A stretch of DNA of 64,000 bases, from NCBI GenBank assembly GCA_000004985.1, contig GG738889.1. One strand, written 5' to 3'. The DNA is from Naegleria gruberi (lineage: Eukaryota). The notes under the pieces are model-generated. The model was not told the DNA's origin. It was given only the letters and a program-made list of their open reading frames with translations, and made no database searches. Shown here one piece after another: positions 54,579 to 64,000 of this stretch (its first letter is position 1; each line of letters opens with the position of its first letter). The translations under genes were made by a program, and so were the position numbers.

Positions 54579-56126
54579 TTAAAGGGCTATACTGCCATTT
54601 TCATCCAATGTTTCGAAATATCCGCTAGAGTTTGCTGGTCTTGTATACATATCACATTTAGTTTGTTTGATTACTTTCATGGTTTCTCTGAAAAAGTTCT
54701 TGGCTCTTGTCTTGACAATCTTGTGTACTATAAAGTTTGGAAGCGACCCTCTAAGATCTGTACCAATTAATTCAATATATTTACAATGCTCTTTTCCATC
54801 TACCATGACAGGCATGAAAATCCAAGCACCAATATCCAGGGCCTTAATTGCATCCTTCTCCGACAATTTGTAATTTGGTGGTTCACAAGATTTCTTTGCG
54901 ACAATGTACAACTTGTCAGTAGTGTCATAAACCATAGATTGAGCCAAAACATAGTACCTATTCTTAACAGGCCACACCAATTTGTAGACCTCATGGGTGA
55001 GAACAGTTGCCAATCTTGTCTTGCCAGAAAGTTTGTTCAAAGAAAGGAGGGAATCTGATGAGGCACTATGATTACTATGTGTACTATGTGGTGAGGCTGG
55101 TGGTGAATGGTTGAGTGATGACAGGGACTCACTACTCTTGTATTTTTTTGGAGGTGATGAAAGTAAATCTCCTCCAGACTTATTCAGATACCCCACAATT
55201 TTGATACTATCCAAATTCTTATCAGATGCCAATCTAATTGTAGTATTTGTCATAATATTCATCATTTGTTCCACAGTATAAGGGAAAATGACTTGAGATT
55301 TGGCAAAGTAAATACCCTTCTTACTTTCTTCCTCTCCCAGAATGTACTTGTTCGATGATAAAAATGCAAAACAAGTATCCTTACTATAGATGCAATCCCA
55401 GAACTTTTCTTCCAATACATGTTGTTTGATCATTTTGATTTGGTCAACTGTAATTTCACAACTCTTCATATCCATCAATGATTCCACAAAACAGCTGTGG
55501 GAGAGATTTCTTACAGTACCAATTTGGTTCAAGAATTGTTTGCTCTTCTTGCAAACAAATTGTTTGAATGTGTCAGATTCCAAAAACATTGGAAAGACGT
55601 GTTCTTTCATATTGACTAGAATATAGCTCTCTGCTTTCTTAAGCGCTTCTTCACATTCTTGAAGATCAGAACTGTCAATATTCACCTGTTGAAGAGTTGA
55701 GTTACTGGCATTTGAAGAATTTGTTGGTGTTTTTAGAGTAATCTTGTCGTTCAGATCCATAAAGCTCTGTTCCATAACTTCCCTTGATCTTTGAGGTAAA
55801 TTCAACTCGTGAACAGAATTACCACTGAAAAAAGTAATGAAAATTTGTTGCAACGCATTCCACTTATTGGCAGCAGATCGCTTTCTATAATACTCGTTAA
55901 CTTGATCTAGAAACATTATACTCTCCTCGCAATGAATAATTTTCATGAACTGCAGCAAGGCTTGTTTAGTTTCTGGTTCGTCCAGAAATGCTTCATATGA
56001 AAAACAATAATCTCTCAACGAGAGTAATAGTTTCTGTTGTTCAGTTGTGTATGTAGAGAGAGGAATGTTCGTGGTAGTAGCCGAGAAGGATTTATCAACA
56101 GCCAAGGTTGATGTTGTTGCACTCAT
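54579..56126 (-). CDS. RGS-domain plus START (StAR-related lipid-transfer)-like domain protein of about 515 aa, single exon.
   Basis: The RGS-like segment is …LLSLRDYCFSYEAFLDEPETKQALLQFMKIIHCEESIMFLDQVNEYYRKR…IFITFFSGNSVHELNL. The C-terminal half ends in a START-type C-terminus (…KYIELIGTDLRGSLPNFIVHKIVKTRAKNFFRETMKVIKQ). The first ATG in frame is at 56126; the ORF track starts at a TTG at 56240. Stop is TAA. Confidence 0.6.
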   Translation of the reverse strand: MSATTSTLAVDKSFSATTTNIPLSTYTTEQQKLLLSLRDYCFSYEAFLDEPETKQALLQFMKIIHCEESIMFLDQVNEYYRKRSAANKWNALQQIFITFFSGNSVHELNLPQRSREVMEQSFMDLNDKITLKTPTNSSNASNSTLQQVNIDSSDLQECEEALKKAESYILVNMKEHVFPMFLESDTFKQFVCKKSKQFLNQIGTVRNLSHSCFVESLMDMKSCEITVDQIKMIKQHVLEEKFWDCIYSKDTCFAFLSSNKYILGEEESKKGIYFAKSQVIFPYTVEQMMNIMTNTTIRLASDKNLDSIKIVGYLNKSGGDLLSSPPKKYKSSESLSSLNHSPPASPHSTHSNHSASSDSLLSLNKLSGKTRLATVLTHEVYKLVWPVKNRYYVLAQSMVYDTTDKLYIVAKKSCEPPNYKLSEKDAIKALDIGAWIFMPVMVDGKEHCKYIELIGTDLRGSLPNFIVHKIVKTRAKNFFRETMKVIKQTKCDMYTRPANSSGYFETLDENGSIAL

Positions 56127-58009
56127 GATTAGTTGTTGGTTGAGTACTGACGTTTTTTTGATATGATGAAATTGACTTGAAATAGTCCTTACTTTGAGAA
56201 TCTGCCAGGCGCAAAATCCAACTCTATAGACGTTAGACAAAGTATTATTTGGGATTCGTATGGAAAATGTTCTTTCAACACTTTTCTCTTTTCGTTTCCT
56301 AATCCTTTAGAATAACAAGCTGTTGGCAAGGAAAGTTCTTTTTGAGTAGGTGGTCAAACCCGTACGTTGAAAACCTTTCAATTTTTGATTTTTCTCAATC
56401 TGTCAAAGAGATACTAGTCTCCTTTGGTTTTCTTATCTTGCAACAACTGTTGAGAAAAATTAATGTCGTGTTGATGAAAAATCACCGCCCAGAAATGTTG
56501 TCGTTTTTTTGTTGTGAAGATTCCTCTAACACACGCTGTCAGCACCTATCGGCAACTATCACGAACAAATTAAAATATTATAATTCAAACCTGAGCAGTG
56601 CCGGTGTTTAACACCATCCTTGCCAAAGTCCTTAAAGCCTTTTACTAAAAAGCCTGCATACAAAAAATTTGCTTTCCTTACTCGAACACTCGTTGGGCAT
56701 CATCAGTGATTTCGCTCCTTTTTTTTTTAAAGTTGGACATGACGAAGTTGGTGAGCGGGAAAGTGTTTCTGTTTGAGAAAAAGATGCGGTGCATCTATTT
56801 TACAAATGTCATCAACACTTGGACATATTGGTATGATGAAGTCAGTTATTCTTATTAGTGAGTGTTTTTCACACTTTCAACATATTGAGATGATTTCTTG
56901 TATTCTGAGAAATGAAACATTTACATGAAATTGTTGGGAGTGGAGAAAGGTCAGAAGTCAAAATAGGTTTTGAATCATTTGAATCATTCCCTGAGAGAGT
57001 CACATTCCTTACCAGCCTTATTTCTTCTTCGACAATAAAATTCCTTGATCATATCCTTATCAAACTCTGATTCGTAAATATTCACATCTGATAATAATGT
57101 CAATTTCTTATCCAAATTGATTTTCCAAGAAATAGACAAGCTGAAACTGTATGAAAAAGCAGCAGAAACTACTCCATAAAACTGAAAACCCTGTTTTGGG
57201 CAAGAAATAATTAATTCTGATGGAATAATTAAAGATAAAATACAATTATCAAAAATTGAGAAATGTAAGGCATTATTGGTTCGTAACGTGTGATATTTGA
57301 GATTTCTACTCACACGATTATTGCATGATCCATGAAATAATATTAAATCTCCATGCTTCCCAGCACTCGGGTCAAGGTAATAAATTACTCTCAAATAAAA
57401 CATGATCACATCCAAATTCTAGGAATATTCTGATCACCTCATTGGTAACAGTAGTCATTGATTGAAATAATAAGCTTGTTCACTAGAAGCCAGTGTCTAA
57501 TCTCCGAAGAAGAAGAGAAGACTGAGTAGTGATTGCCCTCCATCATTGTCCGTTACATTAATACAACTTGAAAAAAAATAGAAATGATTTGTGCTCCTGC
57601 ATCATCTCTCTCAATGCTGAACTTATCTTCACATTAATGGAATTTACTAATATTAGTTAGTTTCCGAATACTTATTAAAAAGTCTAGAAGTGTGTTCTTC
57701 CTATTTCATGCATGAAACCTCATAATCCTTCAATTCTATCACTACCCGATATCAAGAAAGCTTCTGATGAGCAGTGATGGAACATATTCATCATCTGATC
57801 AAGTTTTGGCAATTCAACATTTCAAAACAGTAGAGAGAGGTTCAATGAAATTACGTTTCCATCCATTCTCCTACCATGTCCAGTAATATCATTGGCCATT
57901 ACTCGGAAGACATCAAACATTGTAATTTTAAAATGTGAGAGTGTCCAATGAAACTCTCAGATTGTACAATGAACCACAAAAACAACAAGAAAAAAGGTTT
58001 CATCATCAT

Positions 58010-61000
58010 ATGAGTACGAATCCATACCTTCTGCCCACTTCTTCTACAAGTATGTTTTCATTAGGAGAGGTAGCATCAAGTAGTCAGAATGTACTTGCAG
58101 AACAATCATCATCACACTATTCGATGGGAGCAACTGGGAATGAGTATAATCCCTCAAAAGCTGGTACCATGTCTCATACTGGCTCTGAAAGTATTAAAAG
58201 TGCTGATACACTATCAACAACAAGTGAGGGAGGAATTAGAGGTCAAACCAAATTGCTAATTACCACAACTTTGGTCAGTTTGCAAGATAGCTCACCAAAG
58301 AAAGGATGGCGATGCTATGTTTCCTATCTATTGGTTTTTATATACATGTTTTGGTGTCAGGTGTTTGTACCTACGTTGGGAAATTATGGTTGGGGAGAGT
58401 ATGGAACCTATGTATTGATTCATGTTCTCAATTTTCCAAATACCTTTCTGGTTCATCTCATTCCATTCTATGGATATTTGGCCATCACTATTGCAACTAT
58501 ATTATTTGTATTAACCATGGCAGTTTTGTATATTGTGGGAGTAAGGTTGGCAACGAAACCAAACAAGCATTTTAACAAGTTCAAGGTTTTGGTTTACTAT
58601 CTCAGTTTCTTTGTCAAGACTTTCTCTCTCCCTATTGTATATATTTTGGTTGGTTTATTGGATTGTAATTCTATTGCCTATGATGTAGATGGTGATCCAA
58701 TCCCTTCTTTGAGAAGATATAGCTCACAATCTTGTACAGACGATTTGAATATTATCATGATGATTATATCAGTAATTTCCCTTTTGATACTGTTACCTGT
58801 TTATTTCTTTTCAGAATCTATAACGGCAAATTCCAATCCACACAATAGAACTCCACTGATGGTTGAAAGTTCTTTTCCAACTTCAATTATTGGAGTAATT
58901 TCATTGATACAACTAATTATTGGCCAACTGATACCAAGCAATTACATGTACATATCTGCTGCCTTACAATTATTACTCAGTGTGATAGCAACCATTATTG
59001 CTGGTTATTCACTTCCTTGTTTCAGAATAATTGATAATTCTCTTTATTTTGGTATGAATTTGGCTAAAGTAGGAGCAAGTATTGGATCCGTGGTGGCGTC
59101 CTCTCTTAATACTGCAAATATATTGAATACATCAGATCCAACACTGGGCTGGTCTCTCATGACCTTGGGATTGATGATTCTATTCTTTGTTATTGGAGTG
59201 GCTATTTTGGAAGTTTTCCAAAGAATTCAACTGAAAAGAGCTAGAAGTTTTATACTGAACTGGGTTCAACAAGATGAAACAGCTATTAACTCTGATCCTA
59301 TTTCTCCACTCATTCTCATAGAAAAGAATGCCATGAATATATATGGCGATGCAGAAGATGCCAAGCTGTTGGGTCTATTGAGACACATGTTCAAGTGTTC
59401 CATTCTAGAGGCAAGGGATGCCAAAGGCACTTCATACACTAATAGTGACTTGTCTTCAGCATTTGTGAAGGGAGCAGCTAGTCACAACTCATTCAATGAC
59501 CTCAAGTTATTGATTTATTCGTCAATATTATTGGAGACTAAATGGAATGAAAGCAATAATACTGTCTTTTCTCTCAACCTACTCAAACGTGCAATGAAAC
59601 AACATCCAAATGGATTAGAGCAAATTACTATACGGGAGAGAATTAAGCAAGTTGAGAACTTTTCTCAAACCAACTTTAAGAATTTAACCAATTTTGAATT
59701 GAGCTCTCAACTCGACTTGCTAGAAAAGAATCAAAACATTCTTCTAACTTTGCACAGAAACTTTTGGAAGGAGTTGGCATCTGAAAAGATCAATTATGAT
59801 TCTGTTGAAAAAATCAATCGTGCCATTCATTCTCTCACTATTGATTGTAGGACAACACTTCAAAATTTAATGTACAACCACAAAAATAACAAGACAATTT
59901 ACAGATTATATGCCAATTTCATTGAAAGTTTTGAGTTTGACAGCGACTTGGCCCAACAATACTATAACGAAGCCAATTCTATTGAAGAGGAGGAAATGAA
60001 AAGAAAGAGAAGAATGTCAACCTTTAGTAATAATGGAAAGAGAGGTGGTAATCGTGTTGTTCCTGTCATGAATGAATACAAATTTGGAAATGCAGAGGCA
60101 GTTGAAGATCAAGATTTAGATGAGATGGAAAGTGCCTTTGATAATCCAAAGGTAAAAAAGGAGCAAGTTTTCAAAACAGCCATCTCAAATCAAAGATCCA
60201 ATAGATTCGTATTCACATCAACTCTATTATATGGCTTGCTATGTTTCAGTTTTATCACTGCATCGTTAGTACTTAGTGTTTATTACTCTAAAACTTCCAA
60301 GAACAATATTCCTTACTTGCAACAGGTTTGCGCAGTTAGTGTAGCTCCATTCTCAGTATTTAGAAATGTCAGGGCTGGTCAGAACTGGATGAACTTTTAC
60401 ATGCTTTTTGAAAATGTTTGGCCAGCTATTAATCCTGAATCAAATACCAAAACAAGATCAAAATCAAGCTATGTCACAAGTCACAAACAAAGAATGTTAG
60501 ACGATTTGGCTTATTATGATACTCTCGTTTCTACAGCTCAAAGTAAGATATTCGATAGTGACTCATATATCGACTATTCAGAAAATGTTTATCCATTTGC
60601 ATACCCAAATGAAGACAAACAGTTTAACTATAATGGAGCTTTAACTATTAGAAATATTTCAGTTCAAGAAATTACCAATAATATGATCAAGTACACTAAG
60701 AAATTCTACGCAGACGTACCAGACACATATTTATTGGCCTCTGAAGCTATTAATATCACATATGCCAAGAAGAAACTCAATCTTGACTTGGCAGCAAATT
60801 CTACCTATTTTAATCCATTGGCAAACTATAATTTTATGGTTTTGTATAGTAATATTGAGAGAGCTAGTAATGCCTATGATGCATTTTGTGGAAAATATCT
60901 CGATAGATCAACAAGTACAATTAATGATACCATCAATCTTTTGATCTATTATACTGTTACATTGGTTGGTTTCTTCCTATTGTCAAGCTTTGCCTATCTG

Positions 61001-63361
61001 ATATTTATGCTTGTTGAAATGACTTCAATGAAGAGAATAATGAAACTCTATGAGAAGCAATTGAGCAAAGATGTTATTGGAAAGATCTATCATACCTTAG
61101 ATAAGAAGACAACAGAAGTTGCTGATTCTCAATCTAAAGGTATTTCTCTTAATAGAATCAAACCAAGTGTCATACTTATTGGCTTGATTTTACTTATCAT
61201 TCTAGTTACAGTAACCTGTTTGGTTTTATTATTTGTTGAAAGTTATGAAAATTCAATTACATCATCACAGGTGATGGCAAGTGTAAGATTGACAGTTCAA
61301 GCAGCTGCTATTTTGCAAAGATTATCGTTTGCAGTTGGAGAAGTAGCTACATACTTTGTTGCTAGTGAGACTTCCAATACCAAATCACCTCTAGCCAGTT
61401 CTTTCCCTAGAAAGGTAACCTTTGGAGATCCAAGTTTATATGGAATAGATATTGCAAGTTTACAAGCATTTTTAGTGGCACGTATAAACACAAGACTTCC
61501 TCAATTGAGTAGTATGTGGTCAAAATTAATTTATGGAGATGCAGCATCTGGAAGAGAAGCTATTCTTGGTAAATTTGATGATGTTGATCAAGTAATTGTG
61601 ACTGGAATTACTAATTGCACAGATTATATGGCCAAAAACAATATTACATATGGCCTTGAAACTAGTTATCAGTATTGTGTTGGATTTGAAGAATTATTTG
61701 GTAATTATTTGACAACTGTTGCTCAGCTCGTTACAGATTCAAAGAAACAGTATGCACTTCAACAAGCTGCCCTTAGCACTACAACTCTTCTTCCAACGGA
61801 TGATTTACAATTGAGACATAACAATGCTATGAGAATGGCTTTATCCTTAACAAGCAAATTTGTGAAATTTATTCAAGAATTTGTGGATGCAACCTCTAGT
61901 GCTTCCTACATTATTGCAATCATTAGTACAATTATCAGCTACTTGCTATGTACAGTCTTCTTCTTTTTCCTTCAGAGTACTTATCAATCTTATGATGGTC
62001 AATTACACACTTTGAGAATAATGGCTCACTACATTCCAGTTGATGTTCTTGATAGAAATGAACAATTGAAGAACTTTATTCTATACAATACTACCAAGAC
62101 AGAAAAGAAGAAGAAATCTCTGCTCTCTAAGGAAGGCTTTGTTGGAGGTTCCTCTCTTGAAGATTTGAAGAATATTTTCAATTCCAACATTGAGGGAACC
62201 ACAATTTGTAATAGCAAGTTTGAAATTGAATTTTTCAATGCAGCTGCCCTCAAAATGTTTGGTATGCAATCAATTGATGTGTTGGGAGTTTCTATGGGAA
62301 ATTTGATTGAGCCAACACAAAAAGATGAGCTCATTAATTGTATGGATCATTTAATGAAGAAAAAGACAGGTGAAAATAACCTAAAGAAGGATGAAATTCA
62401 AACTAATGATCAATGCGAAGTTTTAGAATTAGACTGCATCAGAAGAAATCAAACAAAATTCCCATGCAAAATAACTTTAATTGCTGTTAAGGTTAGTGAT
62501 GGAATAGGTCAAAAGCCAATCCTAATCGTCAGTCTTAAAGATTTAACATCTGAAAAGAAACAAAATGCACTATTGAGTGAAGAGAAACAAAAATCAGACA
62601 ATTTACTGAAAAACATATTACCAATGAGTGTTGCTTCGAGATTAAAGAGTGGACACACTTTCATTGCTGAAAAGTTGGATGATATCACTTGTTTCTTCTC
62701 AGATATGGTTGGATTTACTGCAATCAGTAGTGGACTTCAAGCAACTGACCTTGTGATGATGTTAAACTCTATTGTTAATGGATTTGATTTACTAACAGAG
62801 AAGTATGATTTGGAGAAGATCAAAACTATTGGAGATGCATACTTTTGTGTAGGAGGACTTCCAGGTGCAGCAACAAGTGATCATCCAGAACGAGTTCTCA
62901 AATTTGCTATTGAAACATTTGGTGTCATTAACGATTTCAATGCCAATAATGCTGAAAGGAAATCGGTGACTGATAATCAAGAAGAATATCAACCAACTGA
63001 AGAACAGTCATCGCCTATCAAGGCAAAGATCAATATTCGAGTTGGAATTAACACAGGAGCAGTTGTGGCAGGTGTTATTGGAATGAAAAAGTTTGCCTAC
63101 GACTTGTGGGGTGATACAATCAATACTGCATCTCGTATGGAATCAACATCAAAGAATGGAAGAATTCAAATTTCACGATCAACCTATGAAAGAGTTTTCG
63201 ATTTGGGTTATGAATTTGAGGAAAGAGAAGTAGATGTGAAAGGAAAAGGAATTGTCAAGACTTATCTATTGAATGATAAGCATCATAGATATCTCAAAAA
63301 CAATCCACTAATGTATTCAGCACAGAAGAGTGCTTCTTTGTTATTCACTTCCCAACAATAA
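58010..63361 (+). CDS. Multi-pass membrane PAS-domain class III nucleotidyl (predicted adenylyl) cyclase, paralog 2, about 1783 aa, single exon.
   Basis: It has the same architecture as the gene at 1..5305. That is an N-terminal TM cluster, a conserved juxtamembrane block (PCFRIIDNSLYFG vs PYFRRIENSFYFG), a PAS-like fold, the signalling helix (LLKNILPMSVASRLKSGHTFIAEKLDDITCFFSDMVGFT) and an uninterrupted catalytic domain (KIKTIGDAYFCVGG…DLWGDTINTASRMES). The first ATG is at 58010; the ORF track opens at a GTG at 57935. Stop is TAA. Confidence 0.85.
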   Translation: MSTNPYLLPTSSTSMFSLGEVASSSQNVLAEQSSSHYSMGATGNEYNPSKAGTMSHTGSESIKSADTLSTTSEGGIRGQTKLLITTTLVSLQDSSPKKGWRCYVSYLLVFIYMFWCQVFVPTLGNYGWGEYGTYVLIHVLNFPNTFLVHLIPFYGYLAITIATILFVLTMAVLYIVGVRLATKPNKHFNKFKVLVYYLSFFVKTFSLPIVYILVGLLDCNSIAYDVDGDPIPSLRRYSSQSCTDDLNIIMMIISVISLLILLPVYFFSESITANSNPHNRTPLMVESSFPTSIIGVISLIQLIIGQLIPSNYMYISAALQLLLSVIATIIAGYSLPCFRIIDNSLYFGMNLAKVGASIGSVVASSLNTANILNTSDPTLGWSLMTLGLMILFFVIGVAILEVFQRIQLKRARSFILNWVQQDETAINSDPISPLILIEKNAMNIYGDAEDAKLLGLLRHMFKCSILEARDAKGTSYTNSDLSSAFVKGAASHNSFNDLKLLIYSSILLETKWNESNNTVFSLNLLKRAMKQHPNGLEQITIRERIKQVENFSQTNFKNLTNFELSSQLDLLEKNQNILLTLHRNFWKELASEKINYDSVEKINRAIHSLTIDCRTTLQNLMYNHKNNKTIYRLYANFIESFEFDSDLAQQYYNEANSIEEEEMKRKRRMSTFSNNGKRGGNRVVPVMNEYKFGNAEAVEDQDLDEMESAFDNPKVKKEQVFKTAISNQRSNRFVFTSTLLYGLLCFSFITASLVLSVYYSKTSKNNIPYLQQVCAVSVAPFSVFRNVRAGQNWMNFYMLFENVWPAINPESNTKTRSKSSYVTSHKQRMLDDLAYYDTLVSTAQSKIFDSDSYIDYSENVYPFAYPNEDKQFNYNGALTIRNISVQEITNNMIKYTKKFYADVPDTYLLASEAINITYAKKKLNLDLAANSTYFNPLANYNFMVLYSNIERASNAYDAFCGKYLDRSTSTINDTINLLIYYTVTLVGFFLLSSFAYLIFMLVEMTSMKRIMKLYEKQLSKDVIGKIYHTLDKKTTEVADSQSKGISLNRIKPSVILIGLILLIILVTVTCLVLLFVESYENSITSSQVMASVRLTVQAAAILQRLSFAVGEVATYFVASETSNTKSPLASSFPRKVTFGDPSLYGIDIASLQAFLVARINTRLPQLSSMWSKLIYGDAASGREAILGKFDDVDQVIVTGITNCTDYMAKNNITYGLETSYQYCVGFEELFGNYLTTVAQLVTDSKKQYALQQAALSTTTLLPTDDLQLRHNNAMRMALSLTSKFVKFIQEFVDATSSASYIIAIISTIISYLLCTVFFFFLQSTYQSYDGQLHTLRIMAHYIPVDVLDRNEQLKNFILYNTTKTEKKKKSLLSKEGFVGGSSLEDLKNIFNSNIEGTTICNSKFEIEFFNAAALKMFGMQSIDVLGVSMGNLIEPTQKDELINCMDHLMKKKTGENNLKKDEIQTNDQCEVLELDCIRRNQTKFPCKITLIAVKVSDGIGQKPILIVSLKDLTSEKKQNALLSEEKQKSDNLLKNILPMSVASRLKSGHTFIAEKLDDITCFFSDMVGFTAISSGLQATDLVMMLNSIVNGFDLLTEKYDLEKIKTIGDAYFCVGGLPGAATSDHPERVLKFAIETFGVINDFNANNAERKSVTDNQEEYQPTEEQSSPIKAKINIRVGINTGAVVAGVIGMKKFAYDLWGDTINTASRMESTSKNGRIQISRSTYERVFDLGYEFEEREVDVKGKGIVKTYLLNDKHHRYLKNNPLMYSAQKSASLLFTSQQ

Positions 63362-63545
63362 ATAATTGAATGTGTCCAGCCATAAGTTAAATTGTTTATT
63401 TCGCCCGTTGATTTGGAATTTCAGCAATACACATTCTCTTGTCTGAAATTCCAATATTTATTTGAAAATGCGAAATAATTGCTGGTGGAGCTAATTTTAT
63501 TCACAACCTATAATATCGCTTAATATTTTAAGGTCAAATTTTCAA

Positions 63546-64000
63546 TTATTCGTAATCAAAAAAGTCCTCCTCAAAACAAAGCTCTTGTGCTGTAGATATT
63601 CCATTAACGAGTTGGAATGCCTTTCTACTAGCTCCGCTTTCCGTACCAGGATTGTAGTAATAATCTCGAATGTAAAAGAGTTTCTTACTACAGCCAGTTA
63701 GGTATTGAAACAATAAATCCAAAAGTGCCTCAGCATCACTGGTTCCATTTCCTAATATTTTCTCAATCTCTTCTAGATAGTTCGTAGCGAAAGAGTCTGA
63801 AATCAAGAACTGTTCATCTTTTTCAGAACTATTTGCATAGAGTGTTTTTGAATTTTGTGGATTGTCGAAATATAAGGATAAATATACATCAACGAAAGTT
63901 TCATCTCCATTAAAGTATTCCCAGCTGTATTTCAAATAAAAGAATTCAAACTGTTCTTCAAGATTTCCCCTTATTTTGAGTGTAAATTCAACCATTTCGT
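63546..64000 (-). CDS. Hypothetical protein covering only the C-terminal 149 aa or more. The gene continues beyond the window end.
   Basis: An ORF is open to the window edge with TAA at 63548..63546. I recognised no domain. Confidence 0.4.
   Translation of the reverse strand, partial: EMVEFTLKIRGNLEEQFEFFYLKYSWEYFNGDETFVDVYLSLYFDNPQNSKTLYANSSEKDEQFLISDSFATNYLEEIEKILGNGTSDAEALLDLLFQYLTGCSKKLFYIRDYYYNPGTESGASRKAFQLVNGISTAQELCFEEDFFDYE

Noticed and set aside
56984-57415. A 143-aa minus-strand ORF in the long intergenic region upstream of cyclase 2.
   Set aside because: It has no recognisable domain, no ATG-context or splice support, and poor codon-usage resemblance to neighbouring genes. It is probably a chance ORF in AT-rich spacer, and is kept only as a low-priority note.
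1-64000. Prokaryotic-style features such as operons, RBS, CRISPR, IS elements and phage genes.
   Set aside because: The window is clearly eukaryotic, with GT-AG introns that restore frame and eukaryote-specific domains (F-box, RGS, Zn2Cys6, mitochondrial carrier, TKL kinases). I saw no direct-repeat or spacer arrays, no terminal inverted repeats and no transposase-like ORFs.

Overview
This window is eukaryotic nuclear DNA, not prokaryotic. It is about 35% GC and contains many short spliceosomal GT-AG introns of roughly 40-155 nt, with donors mostly GTAAGT or GTAGGT and acceptors (T/C)AG. Stop codons are overwhelmingly TAA. Coding regions show Asn/Gln/Ser-rich low-complexity tracts. Two runs of N (431..748 and 32689..33165) show that it comes from a draft scaffold. 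Codon usage (TTG Leu, AGA Arg, CAA Gln) and the gene content suggest an AT-rich free-living protist, possibly heterolobosean or amoebozoan, but I cannot name the organism from the sequence alone. The gene content includes class III cyclases with PAS domains, TKL-type and ankyrin-repeat kinases, F-box proteins, a Zn2Cys6 factor, NHL/EGF receptor proteins and a TMEM2/CEMIP-like G8 protein. I could support about 26 protein-coding genes, very densely packed, with head-to-tail spacers as short as 20-36 bp and convergent stops 5 bp apart. I hand-resolved about 19 introns. I recognised no rRNA, tRNA, CRISPR or transposon. The most notable content is: (i) two paralogous multi-pass membrane PAS/class III nucleotidyl cyclases at the two ends of the window, one with three introns in the catalytic domain and one intronless; (ii) a receptor kinase combining an NHL-repeat ectodomain, EGF modules and a kinase, with a secreted NHL-only relative 21 kb away; (iii) a giant TMEM2/CEMIP-family G8/beta-helix/VWD/EGF membrane protein carrying a long N-glycosylation sequon array that broke the assembly; (iv) an F-box domain followed, after a single in-frame TAG, by a degenerate Rho-like pseudo-GTPase domain; (v) an RGS+START protein; and (vi) a fungal-type Zn2Cys6 factor whose zinc cluster is split by an intron. 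All coordinates were derived by hand from the sequence, and a few exon boundaries are uncertain as noted.
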